NCBI GenBank assembly: GCA_963777315.1
Contig: CAVZQC010000004.1
Span: 1-64,000 of the forward strand
Direction of reading: 5' to 3'
DNA: 64,000 bases
Source of the DNA: Vulcanimicrobiota bacterium
Lineage (GTDB): Bacteria; Vulcanimicrobiota; Vulcanimicrobiia; Vulcanimicrobiales; Vulcanimicrobiaceae
A model generated the notes under the pieces. That model saw nothing but the letters and a program-made list of their open reading frames with translations, was not told the DNA's origin and did not search any database. Every line of letters starts with the position of its first letter. Position 1 is the first letter of the stretch. A program made the position numbers and the translations under genes. This document shows, piece by piece, positions 1 to 10,538 of this stretch.

Positions 1-1353
1 ATCGCGTTCGGTGCGGTCGGTTTGCGCGATAGCCGCTGCGTTGTACGTAGATGAAAACGAACCGCCGTCGACTTCGTTGTATGTGCCGCCCGATATGGTG
101 TGCCGTCGCGCGGTCGCGCTCAGATACGCGCCGTAGTTGAACCACGGATACCTGCCGCTCGAGTAATACGGTATCGATACGCCGTTTACGCCGCGATTGG
201 GTTCGGCGTCGGCAGAATCGTAGTGCCCTTTGTTGACGAAGAGATTGTACTGCAGGTGGCCGGCAAGCGAGCCGAAGCTGATGGTGTTCACCGCGGTCGT
301 GGAGCGGTCGTTGTTGTTTGGGCCCAGTCCGCACGGGAGCAGCGTGGTCGCGCTCGCGCAAATGTACGAGTTGCTGCCGTCGCCGGTGAACAGCGAATAT
401 TTCAAACTCGATACGGGCGAGAGGGTGAACGCCGCTTTGAACAGGTTCGCCGTGCGCGAAAAGCCGCCGGTGTGCGTGTACGCTTTGCCGGATTCGTCCG
501 CGTAGTACATGCCTTCGAGCGGCGAGTCTTCACCGCCGGCCGTGTGCTGCAGCGCGAACGCCGATTTGCCGCTGCCGCCGGTTATCGACCAGGAACCCAG
601 CGAGTTGGCATAGTTGCCGACCACGCCCGTGAAGGCGTAGTTCCACTCCTTGGTGGGCTGCAGCGTACGAAAGTCCACGCTTCCCGCCCTTCCGAGTGCG
701 CTGGGCGCGAAATCCACCGATGCCCCGCTGAAAAGGTCCTGAAGACCACCGATGGCTTGCGCCGATGCTCCGCCCACGTGCACGCCGTTGATCGAAAATG
801 CCGTTTGCGAAGGGTCCGCACCGCGCAGCGAGACGTTGAACGCCGAATCCGCGCCGTACAGTTGATCGTCGACGTTGACGCCGGCGAGTTTGTTGAGCGC
901 GTCCGAAAGCGATTGGGAAACTTTGCGCTGCGCGCTTTGGGCATTCACGCTTTCGACCGAGACGTTCACGACCGAACGCGAGCGCACTGAGGCGATCGTC
1001 TTGAGCGGGCTTGCGAGTTTCACGGCCACGTCGACGCGCGCGCCTTCGCCGACCTCGACGTCGACCGAATCCGTTGGGTTGTAACCGTCGGCTTCGACTC
1101 GTATCCGGTACGATGCGGGCTGCAGATTTTCAAAGATCAGCAGACCTTTGGCGTTGGTCAGCGACGTTTGCGGCGTGTCGCCGCCCAGCAGAAAGACCTG
1201 CGCGTTGTCGATCGGTTTTCCCGTTGCGGCATCGGTTACGGTAACGACGATCGCGCCGGTTTCCTGGCTTTGCGCCGGCGCGGGCAACGGCGCTGCCAAC
1301 AGCGATACGAGTACGATGGCGCGGCAAACTGCGAGCAATCCTCGCACGAACAT
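1..1353 (-). CDS. TonB-dependent receptor with N-terminal carboxypeptidase-regulatory-like domain (partial, runs off window start)
   Basis: Hand translation from ATG at 1353 (absent from the ORF track): signal peptide MFVRGLLAVCRAIVLVSLLAAPLPAPAQ, beta-sandwich GAIVVTVTDAATGKPIDNAQVFL, plug-like LSDALNKLAGVNV...NVSLRG...FSINGV; frame stays open to position 1. Confidence 0.85.
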   Translation of the reverse strand, partial: MFVRGLLAVCRAIVLVSLLAAPLPAPAQSQETGAIVVTVTDAATGKPIDNAQVFLLGGDTPQTSLTNAKGLLIFENLQPASYRIRVEADGYNPTDSVDVEVGEGARVDVAVKLASPLKTIASVRSRSVVNVSVESVNAQSAQRKVSQSLSDALNKLAGVNVDDQLYGADSAFNVSLRGADPSQTAFSINGVHVGGASAQAIGGLQDLFSGASVDFAPSALGRAGSVDFRTLQPTKEWNYAFTGVVGNYANSLGSWSITGGSGKSAFALQHTAGGEDSPLEGMYYADESGKAYTHTGGFSRTANLFKAAFTLSPVSSLKYSLFTGDGSNSYICASATTLLPCGLGPNNNDRSTTAVNTISFGSLAGHLQYNLFVNKGHYDSADAEPNRGVNGVSIPYYSSGRYPWFNYGAYLSATARRHTISGGTYNEVDGGSFSSTYNAAAIAQTDRTERD

Positions 1354-1486
1354 GAGAGCACGGGTTCTGCGCGCTCAGCCGGCATTCCGGGTCTGAATGG
1401 GTTAAGCAAGCAGCGATTCCGTTGCTCTTGGTCCGTGGAGCGGGTAAGAAGCGCTAACAGGCACTGCTATGAGAGGAACACCTGAA

Positions 1487-1828
1487 ATGAAAATTGCCTT
1501 CGGCAAAGGCACAGCGAGCTTCGCATTGGCGGCAGCGCTTGCTGTGACGCCGTCTTTTGCGCTTGCTCAAACGACGGGCGCCAGTCCCGCTGCCAGCCCA
1601 ATGGCAACGACCGGCACAACCACCAACGCTTCGCCGGTTGCTTCACCGATGACGGGAACCACGACTACCAGCGGCACGACGACCACCGGTACGACGACCG
1701 GCGGCGGCGGTTCTTCGGGCTGGTGGGGGCTCATCGGGCTGGTCGGGTTGCTCGGTCTGTTCGGTATGGGCGGACGCCGCAGTACCGTAGTCGACACGTA
1801 CGACACCACTACGACTCGACGACCATAG
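1487..1828 (+). CDS. WGxxGxxG-family small exported/membrane-anchored protein
   Basis: Signal peptide, Thr-rich linker, C-terminal WWGLIGLVGLLGLFG followed by basic residues; RBS GAGGA before ATG 1487. Confidence 0.85.
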   Translation: MKIAFGKGTASFALAAALAVTPSFALAQTTGASPAASPMATTGTTTNASPVASPMTGTTTTSGTTTTGTTTGGGGSSGWWGLIGLVGLLGLFGMGGRRSTVVDTYDTTTTRRP

Positions 1829-1845
1829 CGTAAACGGAATGCCAG

Positions 1846-1876
1846 GCGGCGTTTGAGGCGAAAGCCTCAACGCCGC
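1846..1876 (+). terminator. GC-rich stem-loop after the WGxxGxxG gene
   Basis: GCGGCGTT-TGAGGC-GAAA-GCCTCA-ACGCCGC inverted repeat; no clear U tract. Confidence 0.45.
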
Positions 1877-1908
1877 GACGCTTTCGCTCCAGCGCGGTTT
1901 GCCGCCAT

Positions 1909-3165
1909 GTGGAGACATTGCTTATGGAGATGCTCGGTCCAGCCACTTTCCTACGTTCGCTCGATTCGTATCTCGATTCGCTTTCGCAAGAAGACCTCAG
2001 AGCGGTCGTGTTGCGAAGCATCAAACATCTCGACGGCGCGCATCGCACTCAGCTCGCGCTGTTCTTAGGCTTGCAGCCCCCCGACGATCCCGCGGGCGAT
2101 CTCGACGGTTCGAACGTCGGAGAAACCGAGCTGCGGCCGTTCGTGGAGTCCGAATCGTGGGGATTGCTGCGCGAACGCTTCGCCGCATTTTTGCGTGAGA
2201 ACCCCAGAGCAATTCAAGCCTTGGAGCCGGCTGCGGCAGCGCGCATCCTTCCGGGTGAACGCCCAGCGCCGAGCGGTTCGGTCGTCGCGGCGCTTTCAAA
2301 GGTTCGTCCCGAAACCGCGGCGCTTGCTGCACTCGTGCTGCTGGCCACCGTCATCCCGTTTGCAGCGCAATACGCGCGCCAGCGCTCGATGATCGGCGAC
2401 GTGCCGAATCTCTCGAATTCCACCCCGTTTGCCAGGCTCGCCTCGATTGCGGTACCGCGCCCGCGGATGCTCGCCGTGCAAAGAGCGCCGGCCCAGCCTC
2501 GCGTGCGCGTCAGCCATGCAACTGCGCGCCGGCATTTGACGCCTCATCGCTCCGTGTTGCCTCGCGTAGCTCTTGCTCCCGTGCGCGTCCGGCATGTTCG
2601 CGCGCGGCACGTAGCGTTTTACCGCAGCCGGCGGCCACGGCATACTCGCATAGCGCGCGCGTGGAAGTTCGATCCGAAGTACAACCCGTACTTCAACCGT
2701 CGTCGCTGGCGCGGCGCTCGTGAAATTGCCGCTCGCGAAGTGCGCGACGCCGCCAAAGCGCGCAGCATGAGGCGGCCTCGTGTCATTGCTGCGCGCCCGG
2801 CGCCGCCGAGTTTTGCCGGCCGCGCGCGATTGATGGTCAGCTCGTATCTGGCTGCGGTCATTGCCGGCAATATCGGCGCGGCATTACAGCACCTCGGCCT
2901 GCCCGCGAACGCCAATCCCGCCAATGTGAGCGAACTGCCGATCGTTTCGCGCACTGCTCGCGCGCGCGTCGTGGGCTCGAGCGCTCAAGCCAATGGCAGC
3001 GAACGCGTCGAGGCCGAAATCGAAGGGAGCGCGGGCGAGTTTTTCGAGATCTTTTACGTCGCGCGCGACGGTCCGGCGGCGCGAATCGTGAGCCGTTACT
3101 ACATTCCGGTGAACCGAAGCGCTGAAGAGCGCGCAGCGCGGATGCTGGCGCAGGACGGGCATTAA
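1909..3165 (+). CDS. hypothetical protein with one TM segment and an Arg-rich linker
   Basis: 418-aa ORF, hydrophobic AALAALVLLATVIPFA, stop overlaps the galK start region; no family recognised. Confidence 0.65.
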   Translation: METLLMEMLGPATFLRSLDSYLDSLSQEDLRAVVLRSIKHLDGAHRTQLALFLGLQPPDDPAGDLDGSNVGETELRPFVESESWGLLRERFAAFLRENPRAIQALEPAAAARILPGERPAPSGSVVAALSKVRPETAALAALVLLATVIPFAAQYARQRSMIGDVPNLSNSTPFARLASIAVPRPRMLAVQRAPAQPRVRVSHATARRHLTPHRSVLPRVALAPVRVRHVRARHVAFYRSRRPRHTRIARAWKFDPKYNPYFNRRRWRGAREIAAREVRDAAKARSMRRPRVIAARPAPPSFAGRARLMVSSYLAAVIAGNIGAALQHLGLPANANPANVSELPIVSRTARARVVGSSAQANGSERVEAEIEGSAGEFFEIFYVARDGPAARIVSRYYIPVNRSAEERAARMLAQDGH

Positions 3166-4270
3166 CCACTCCGTTCGATCGCAAGCGCCCGGACGCGTCA
3201 ACCTCATCGGCGAGCACACCGATTACAACGGCGGCTTCGTCTTGCCGTGCGCCATCCCGTATGCTACGCAAGTTTTTGCATCGGAGCGCCCGGATCGAAT
3301 CATCAACGCGCAATCGGGAACGCGCGAGGGCGTGGCCTTCGATCTGGACCGGCTGCCGGCGCGCAGGAGCGCAACCTGGGACGATTACCTGCGTGGAGTT
3401 CTCATCGAGCTGGGCAATGCCGGCGTTCACCTGCGGGGTGCAGATCTTCGAATCGAGAGCGACGTGCCTATCGGCGTCGGCCTGAGTTCGTCGGCGTCGC
3501 TGGAGATCGCGATTGCTCTAGCCGTCATCGCGATTGCCGGATCGCAAGTCGACCGAACGCAGCTTGCGAAGATTGCCCAGACTGCCGAAATCGAGCACGC
3601 GGGCACGCGTTGCGGCATCATGGATCAGTTCGCCGTCGTGTTCGCGCGCGCCGGCAGCGCGCTTTTTCTGGATACGCGCAGCCTGCATTTCGAGCTGCTC
3701 GAAGTGCCCGAAAGCGTTGCCGTCGTTATCTGCAACTCGATGATCGAGCGTAAACTGTCGGAAGGCGCATACAACGATCGCCGGCGCGAATGCGAGGCGA
3801 GCGTAGCGCTGCTGCGCTCTCGCGTGCCGCACATCGCGCAGTTGCGCGATCTGTCGACCGAGCAACTGGCGATTGCGCGAGATGCGCTGCCCGAGGTGCT
3901 GTACCGCCGGGCGTTGCACGTCGTGAGCGAAAACGAACGGGTCCTGGCCGCTCGCGTCGCGCTGGTCCGGCGCGACCTGCGCCGGCTGGGCGCGCTGATG
4001 AACGAATCTCACGAAAGCTTGCGCGACGACTACGAGGTCAGCTGTACCGAGCTCGATATATTGGTGACGCTGGCTCGCGGGTTTCCCGGCGTTTACGGCG
4101 CGCGCATGACCGGTGCCGGATTCGGCGGATGTACGGTGAACCTGCTCGACGCCGCTTGCGCGCAGCAGTTTCGCACTGGCATTGCGGATGCATACCGGCG
4201 GGAAACCGGCATTGTGATGGAGGTCTACGATGGAACGCCGTCAGCCGGAGCGCAGCTGATTCATGGGTGA
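3161..4270 (+). CDS. galK: galactokinase (probable ATT start)
   Basis: The signature [21 protein letters not shown] lies upstream of the first TTG (3242); GLSSSA, CGIMDQ and [12 protein letters not shown] present. Confidence 0.95.
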   Translation: MNHSVRSQAPGRVNLIGEHTDYNGGFVLPCAIPYATQVFASERPDRIINAQSGTREGVAFDLDRLPARRSATWDDYLRGVLIELGNAGVHLRGADLRIESDVPIGVGLSSSASLEIAIALAVIAIAGSQVDRTQLAKIAQTAEIEHAGTRCGIMDQFAVVFARAGSALFLDTRSLHFELLEVPESVAVVICNSMIERKLSEGAYNDRRRECEASVALLRSRVPHIAQLRDLSTEQLAIARDALPEVLYRRALHVVSENERVLAARVALVRRDLRRLGALMNESHESLRDDYEVSCTELDILVTLARGFPGVYGARMTGAGFGGCTVNLLDAACAQQFRTGIADAYRRETGIVMEVYDGTPSAGAQLIHG

Positions 4271-5279
4271 ATTGCCTGCAGGGTCGCATCGCCGTTACAA
4301 CGCGCTCACCGGCGAGTGGGTGCTCGTCTCACCGCATCGTCTCGATCGGCCCTGGCTGGGTGAAACGTCGGCGGCGCAAGCGCAGCCGCGGCCCTCGTAC
4401 GATCCGCAGTGTTATCTTTGCCCCGGAAACGCACGCGCGGGCGGCGCGCGAAATCCGCAATACGGCGAAACCTTTGCGTTCGACAACGATTTTGCGGCCC
4501 TCACGATGGACTCGCCGGAAACGATCCTCGATCGCAACGGGCTCTTGATCGCGCGTTCCGAGCGCGGACGGTGCCGCGTCGTGTGTTTTTCGCCGCGCCA
4601 CGATTTGGACGTCGGTACGATGGATCCACCGGCGATTCGCTCAGTCGTCGACGCGTGGGCCGCGGAGTACGCGCAGCTGGGCGCGATAGCGTCGATACGC
4701 GCGGTGACGATCTTCGAAAACCGGGGTTCGATGATGGGCGCGAGCAATCCGCACCCGCACGGGCAAATTTGGGCAAACGCATCGATTCCGAACGAGCTGC
4801 TCAAAGAAGGTGTGCAACTTTCACGGTACCGCGAAACGCATGGCACGTGCCTGCTGTGTGCGTACCTGCAGCAGGAGTTGGCAACGGGCGAACGGATCGT
4901 GTACGCTGGCGAGCACTTTTACGCGCTCGTGCCGTTTTGGGCGATCTGGCCGTTTGAAGTGCTGGTTTTGCCGCGCCGGCATGCAACCTCAATCGACGAG
5001 TTGACCGGCTCCGAGCGCGACGCGCTGGCCGATACGCTCGGACGGGTGGTGCGCCGCTACGATGCGCTATTCGCAGTGCCGTTTCCGTATTCGATGGGGC
5101 TGCATCAACGGCCGACCGACGGGCGCGCGCACGACGAGTGGCATCTCCACGCGCATTACTATCCTCCGCTGCTGCGGTCGGCGAGCGTACGCAAATATTC
5201 GGTCGGGTACGAGATGCTGGCGCAGCCGCAGCGCGATCTGACCGCCGAAGAAGCGGCATTGCGGCTTCGCGAGGCGTGA
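4263..5279 (+). CDS. galT: galactose-1-phosphate uridylyltransferase
   Basis: [39 protein letters not shown]. Confidence 0.97.
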   Translation: MGELPAGSHRRYNALTGEWVLVSPHRLDRPWLGETSAAQAQPRPSYDPQCYLCPGNARAGGARNPQYGETFAFDNDFAALTMDSPETILDRNGLLIARSERGRCRVVCFSPRHDLDVGTMDPPAIRSVVDAWAAEYAQLGAIASIRAVTIFENRGSMMGASNPHPHGQIWANASIPNELLKEGVQLSRYRETHGTCLLCAYLQQELATGERIVYAGEHFYALVPFWAIWPFEVLVLPRRHATSIDELTGSERDALADTLGRVVRRYDALFAVPFPYSMGLHQRPTDGRAHDEWHLHAHYYPPLLRSASVRKYSVGYEMLAQPQRDLTAEEAALRLREA

Positions 5280-6974
5280 ACTGTCCCCATCCGCTCGTCT
5301 GCGGTGAGATGCACTATCCGCGGATTCCGCCCGAGTATTGGGCCGAGCGTCTGAAGATGGCGCGCGCGATGGGATTGCAGGCAATCTCCACGTACGTCTT
5401 CTGGAACCGGCACGAGCCTGCGGAAGGCCGCTTCGATTTTTCCGGCGGAAACGATCTCGGCCGCTTCATCCGTCTGGCGCAGCGTGAAGATCTCGCTGTC
5501 GTCTTACGTCCCGGGCCGTACGTCTGCGCAGAGTGGGATTGGGGCGGTTTGCCGGCGTGGCTGCTCAAAGACGCGGTGGCCGTGCGCACGGCCGACGAGA
5601 CCTTCATGGCGCCCGTGCGCCGCTGGCTGCGCAGGCTCGGGAAAGAAATCGCCGGTCTGCAGCGCCGTCGCGGCGGTCCGATAATCGCCGTGCAACTCGA
5701 AAACGAGTACGGCGCGTTCGGATCGGATAAGGATTACCTGCGCGCGCTGCGCGCAGCGCTGCGGGACGCCGAGCTGGACGCATCGCCGCTCTACACGATC
5801 GATCAGCCCGGCGATCTGGCGCGCGGAGCGCTGGACGATCTGCCCATTGCGGTCACGTTCGCGCCGGGCGATCCCGGGGCGCAATTCGAGCAGCTGCATG
5901 CGCTGCGCCCGCAGGCGTCGCTGCTGTGCGGTGAATACTGGGCGGGATGGTTCGATCATTGGGGCGAGGCGCATTCGCGGCTGGACGACGAGGCGCAAGC
6001 GGCGGATCTCGATTGGATGCTTTCACGCGGCGCGTCGGTGAACGTCTATATGTTTCACGGCGGAACCAACTTCGGGTTTTGGAACGGTGCGAACGCGTTC
6101 GAACCCAGCCCGTATCAGCCCACGACGACCAGCTACGATTATCAGGCGGCGCTCGACGAAGCGGGTCGCCCCACCGCAAAGTACTTTCGTTTTCGGCAGA
6201 TCATCGAACGGCGAACCGGCACAACCGCGCCGGCCGTGCCGCCCTCTCCGCAGACGGTCGAAATTCCGAGACAGTGTTTCGAGCGGGCGCTGCCGCTTGG
6301 CGCGTGTTTGCCGCAGCCCGTTCATCATAGCGATCCGCTCTCGATGGAAGCGCTCGATCAGGCATACGGATACGTCCTGTATCGCACGACGCTTCCAGGG
6401 CCCGGCGACGGCGTTTTGGAGATCGACGAAGTTCGCGATTACGCGGTCGTGATGCTCGACGGGCGCGTCGTGGCGGATTTGGACCGGCGTTTGGCGCAGT
6501 CGCAATGCGCGCTTGAATCGCGGGAACAGTGCGCAACCCTCGACGTTCTCATCGAAAACTGCGGCCGCATCAATTACGGCCCGCAGTCTGGCGTTCGAGC
6601 GAAAGGGTATTACGCGCGCCGTGCGTTGGAACGGACGCGAGCTCCATGGATGGAGCATGTACGGTCTGCCCTTCGAGCGTTTGGAACTCTCCGGCTGGTT
6701 GCGCGAGCCAGTTGATGCGCCCGCCTTGTATCGTATGTCTTTCGACCTGACCGAGCCGGCGGATACGTTCCTGGACGTCGGCGAACTGCACAAAGGTGCG
6801 CTGTGGGTGAACGGACACAATGCCGGACGCTTTTGGCGGATCGGTCCGCAACGCTCGCTGTACGTGCCCGGCGTTTGGCTGCGTGCGGGTTCCAATGAGA
6901 TCGTAGCGCTCGATGTGTTCGGCCACGCATCGTTTCCGGCAGTGTGCGGGAGAACGGATCCCGTTATGCTATAA
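5276..6974 (+). CDS. beta-galactosidase, GH35 (one frameshift near 6587, probably a sequencing error)
   Basis: [42 protein letters not shown]-terminus ([24 protein letters not shown]) continues in another frame; GTG overlaps the galT stop. Confidence 0.9.
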
Positions 6975-6975
6975 T
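6967..6975 (+). promoter_or_regulatory. extended -10 promoter of a probable leaderless peroxiredoxin transcript
   Basis: TGcTATAAT ends 6 nt before ATG 6982; no SD sequence. Confidence 0.7.
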
Positions 6976-6981
6976 CCCTCA

Positions 6982-7485
6982 ATGGCGATTAAGAAGGGCC
7001 GAACCTCCACGGCCGGCAGAACATCGACGCTGGAGGCCGGTGCGCCTGCGCCGGACTTCGAACTGGAATCCCACACCGGAACGCATTGGCGGCTCTCCGA
7101 TCAACGCGGAAAGCACAACGTCGTCGTGGTGTTTTATCCGTTCGCATTCACACCCGTTTGAACCAGTCAAATGCCCGGCCTCGAGAAAAATCTCGATCGG
7201 TTCGAAGGGCTCGATGCTCAAGTTGTGGGCATCTCAATTGATTCCAAGCATACCAACAAGGCGTGGGCCGATTCTTTGGGCGGCCTGCGCTATCCGCTGC
7301 TGTGTGATTTTTGGCCGCACGGAAACGTCGCGCGCGCGTACGGAGTTTTCGACGAACAGGCGGGCCGGTCCGAACGAGCCGTTTTCGTCATCGACAAGTC
7401 CGGAATCGTACGCTACATCGACGTGCACGACATCGGCGAACAACCCGACGAGGAGCAGATCCTCGAGGAACTCGCCAAGCTGTAA
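6982..7485 (+). CDS. AhpE-type peroxiredoxin, probable selenoprotein (TGA 7159-7161)
   Basis: Two track ORFs are one frame split by TGA: GAPAPDFEL...VVVVFYPFAFTPV-TGA-TSQM...LLCDFWPHGNVARAYGVF...RAVFVIDKSGIVRY; TGA occupies the peroxidatic Cys of PxxxTxxC. Confidence 0.85.
7175..7200 (+). promoter_or_regulatory. candidate SECIS-like hairpin
   Basis: CCGG-cc-TCGAGA-AAAA-TCTCGA-TCGG begins 14 nt after the TGA; loop lacks the usual G. Confidence 0.45.
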
Positions 7486-7497
7486 GAGGGACACTCA

Positions 7498-7647
7498 ATG
7501 CAAGGCGATCTTCGAACGATCGAGCAGCACCTGGCAACGATTGCCGGCGAGCTGCGGTTGATCCGCGAAGCGTTGGAAGCGCAAGGCGGTTACGAAGGCG
7601 ACGAAGACGAAGAGTACGACGACGACGAGGCCGGCGAAGAGGAGTGA
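7498..7647 (+). CDS. small protein (49 aa) with amphipathic helix and acidic tail
   Basis: RBS GAGGG; MQGDLRTIEQHLATIAGELRLIREALEAQGGYEGDEDEEYDDDEAGEEE; below the track cutoff. Confidence 0.75.
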   Translation: MQGDLRTIEQHLATIAGELRLIREALEAQGGYEGDEDEEYDDDEAGEEE

Positions 7648-7656
7648 ACCCCTGCC

Positions 7657-7902
7657 TCAACTCTCGAGCGCGCGCTCGAGCGTACTCCAAATCATCGCGC
7701 GCGGTATGAAGAACGGTACTTCTTCGAGCGTCAGCGTGAGCGTCTGCGCTTGCGCGTCGTATGCGTAGCGTCCTTTAACGCCCTGGCTCTCGATCGATCC
7801 CGAGTCGCCTTCGGGCAGTTTGACGTACGATGCGATGGCGCCGCGCAGCCGATCCGCTTTTGCGCGGTCCACGTTGTGATAGACTCTCGATTCGTCGGCC
7901 AT
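7657..7902 (-). CDS. hypothetical protein (81 aa)
   Basis: Protein-like composition, directly downstream of the ROK kinase gene. Confidence 0.7.
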   Translation of the reverse strand: MADESRVYHNVDRAKADRLRGAIASYVKLPEGDSGSIESQGVKGRYAYDAQAQTLTLTLEEVPFFIPRAMIWSTLERALES

Positions 7903-7911
7903 AGCGGCGCA

Positions 7912-8808
7912 TTATGGCCAAAGCATCGCGGCTCCTCGTACGCCGCTGGAGTCGCCGTGACATGCGCGCAGGATTCGCGTACGCAGGCGATCCGAAAACA
8001 CGTACCGCTCGAGCAGCGGCGGGAGCGCTGCATACAAACGTTCGGCGTTCGACAGCCCTCCGCCTAGAACGATCGCGTCGGGGTCGAGCACGTTCACGAC
8101 GGTGGCGAGCGAACGCGCCAGTCGTTCCTCGTAGTCGGACATAGCGCGCTGCGCGAACGCATCGCCCTCACGTGCCCGCGACACGATATCCTCGGCCGCT
8201 ACGCCTTGACCGCCGAGTTCGGCATATTGCCGCGTGAGGGCCGGACCCGACAAGAACGTTTCGATGCAGCCGCGCTTTCCGCAGTAGCATGGGGGCCCGG
8301 GCAGTTCTTGCGGTGCAGGCCGCGGCAGCGGATTGTGGCCCCACTCTCCGGCGATCGCATTTGGGCCTTGTACGATGCGCTTGTCGACCGCAATGCCGCC
8401 GCCGACCCCCGTGCCCAGAATCACGCCGAAGACCACGCTCGCATCGCAAGCGGCGCCGTCAATCGCTTCCGACAGCGTGAAGCAGTCGGCATCGTTCGCC
8501 ATGCGGATCTCGCGCCCAAGCGCCCGCTGCAGGTCGAGTTTGAGCGGCCTGCCGATGAGCACGGTGCTGTTGGCGTTTTTGATGAGACCGGTATCCGGCG
8601 CGATCGCGCCGGGCGTGCCGATGCCGACCGTCGCCGTAGCGCTCAAGGCACGTTCCGTCTCGCGCACGAGATTCGCGATCGCGTCGAGCGTGGCATCATA
8701 ATCGCCGGCGGGCGTCGGGATGCGCCACCGCATCAACATTTTGCTCGACGCTAGCGCAACGATCTCGATCTTGGTGCCGCCTAAATCGACACCGATACGA
8801 ACGGACAT
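7912..8808 (-). CDS. ROK-family sugar kinase (fructokinase Mak-like)
   Basis: IGVDLGGTKIE, NDADCFTLSEA, ILGTGVGGG, GEWGH, CYCGKRGCIE, HGDSSGVRGAA. Confidence 0.92.
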   Translation of the reverse strand: MSVRIGVDLGGTKIEIVALASSKMLMRWRIPTPAGDYDATLDAIANLVRETERALSATATVGIGTPGAIAPDTGLIKNANSTVLIGRPLKLDLQRALGREIRMANDADCFTLSEAIDGAACDASVVFGVILGTGVGGGIAVDKRIVQGPNAIAGEWGHNPLPRPAPQELPGPPCYCGKRGCIETFLSGPALTRQYAELGGQGVAAEDIVSRAREGDAFAQRAMSDYEERLARSLATVVNVLDPDAIVLGGGLSNAERLYAALPPLLERYVFSDRLRTRILRACHGDSSGVRGAAMLWP

Positions 8809-8863
8809 CCGCAGGTTGTGCGTGGCGGCGGAAGTGCGCTCCTTCGAATGGAAAAGATAACGC

Positions 8864-9987
8864 GTGCGCATCGTCGAGATTCGCGAGCGTCCCGTACGCA
8901 TTTCGCGTTTTAAGGATCCGCTGCTGCCGTCGGGTGGCTTAACGACCAGCATCGTGGCGATCACCACCGACGTAGCGCTGCACGGCCAACCCGTAATCGG
9001 CTACGGTTTTTCATCGATTGGCCGATTTGCGCAGAGCGGGCTGATCCGCGAGCGGTTCGCGCCGCGATTGCTCGCGGCAAAAGAGGATGTCGATCCGGCG
9101 CGTGCCTGGCGGATCATGATGCAGGGCGAAAAGCCGGGAGGTCATGGCGAACGCTGCGTCGCCGTCGGAACGCTGGACATGGCGCTTTGGGATGCGGCCG
9201 CGAAAATTGCCGGAGCGCCGCTGCATCGTTATATAGCCGCGTCCGTCCCGCCGCTCGCGCGTCCGGCGGAGAGGATTGCCGTGTACGCCGGCGGCGGCTA
9301 CCCGTATCCCGGCAACGATGCGGCGCAGCTGACCGAGGAGGTTCGCGCCCCACTCCGCGCCGCTCGATGCCGATCTGCGCAGAATCGAAGCGGTGCTCGC
9401 GGTAATCGGCAGGCCGGAGTGTCTGGCGGTAGATGCAATGAACGCCTACGATGGCGAGCAGGCATTAGCGGCTGCACGGGCGCTTGAGCCGTACGGGTTA
9501 TGGTGGTTCGAGGATGTCTGCGACCCGCTTGATTTCGGAAACGCAAGCTCGCATTGCGTCGGAGTATTCCGGCGCCATCGCGGCGGGCGAAGCGCTGTTT
9601 TCCTCGGCCGAAGCGAATCTGCTCCTGCGCTACGGCCGATTGCGAAGCGACCGCGACATTCTGCTCTTCGATCCGGTGCATTGCTATGGCCTCGGAGGTT
9701 TCATGCAAATCCTGCAGACGTTTGACGCGCGCGGCTGGCCCCGCTCGGCGTTTTGGCCGCACGGCGGGCATTTGTTCGCGCAGCACGTCGTCGCCGCGTT
9801 TGGTTTAGGCGGCGCTGAAGTAAACCCCAGGAGTTTCGCTCCATTCGGCGGCCTGGCGGACGCAACCGCGGTTCACGAGGGCACCGTTGCGCCGCCCGGC
9901 GCGCCGGGAATCGGCTTCGAGCGCAAGCGCGACTTGTTCGAGCTGTTTTCCGATTTGGGAGAGCGGGATCGCGTTACAGCCTGCTGA
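8864..9987 (+). pseudogene. enolase-superfamily enzyme (mandelate racemase / D-tartrate dehydratase-like), disrupted
   Basis: EKPGGHGERCVAVGTLDMALWDAAAK, AVDAMN, WWFEDVCDPLD and WPHGGH spread over three frames; breaks near 9350 (the KxK strand appears missing) and near 9537. Confidence 0.75.
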
Positions 9988-10053
9988 GGCGGCCCGGAGT
10001 CGATGCGCTCGCCGGCGAGGGTGTTCAAACGCGACGGAAAAAGATAGTAGCGG

Positions 10054-10387
10054 TATGGAAGGGTTTCGCGACGGAAAACTCATGCGGATCTTCGTGGACG
10101 AGAAGGATCGTCGCGGGCTGCAGCCGTTGTACACTGCGATAGTGGAACTGCTGCGTCGCGAGCATATTTCGGGAGCTACCGTATTCCGTGGAATCGAAGG
10201 GTACGGGTCGCACGACCAGCTGCACGTCGCAAAGGCGCTTTCGTGGTTTCCGAACCTTCCCATCCTGATTGAAGTAGTCGAAGAAGAGGATCGGCTGCTG
10301 ACCATTTTGCCCAGTCTCAAAGCGATGATCGGCGAAGGAATGATCACGCTGGAAGCGGCCAGGTATTTGCGCTTGGGGAAACCGTAA
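10054..10387 (+). CDS. DUF190 (PII-like) protein
   Basis: LMRIFVDEKD, GATVFRGIEGYG, LPILIEVVE, GMITLE. Confidence 0.9.
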
Positions 10388-10441
10388 CGATATCGCAAAG
10401 GTGCAGGAGGGGCCGCCCGGCACGGAAAATGCAGCGTCAAC

Positions 10442-10502
10442 GGCGGAGGAGTTCGCCGGCGAAGAAGTGCTTCGCGAACCGCTCGCACGCCAATGACTCC
10501 TG
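10442..10502 (+). promoter_or_regulatory. fluoride (crcB) riboswitch aptamer
   Basis: GGCGGAGGAGTTCGCC...AACCGC...AATGACTCCT matches the consensus; GGAGT/GACTCC pseudoknot; upstream of DUF190-crcB. Confidence 0.9.
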
Positions 10503-10538
10503 ACAACGCGCTCGACGCGAACTGTCTGGAGTTTTTTT
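10496..10538 (+). terminator. riboswitch expression platform (terminator / RBS-sequestering hairpin)
   Basis: ACTCC-t-GACA-a-CGCG-loop-CGCG-aac-TGTC-t-GGAGT followed by a T run and ATG 10539. Confidence 0.75.

Noticed and set aside
100..990. 296-aa plus-strand ORF and other long antisense ORFs (e.g. 18712-20466, 44590-46539)
   Set aside because: Antisense to recognisable genes, with no family motifs
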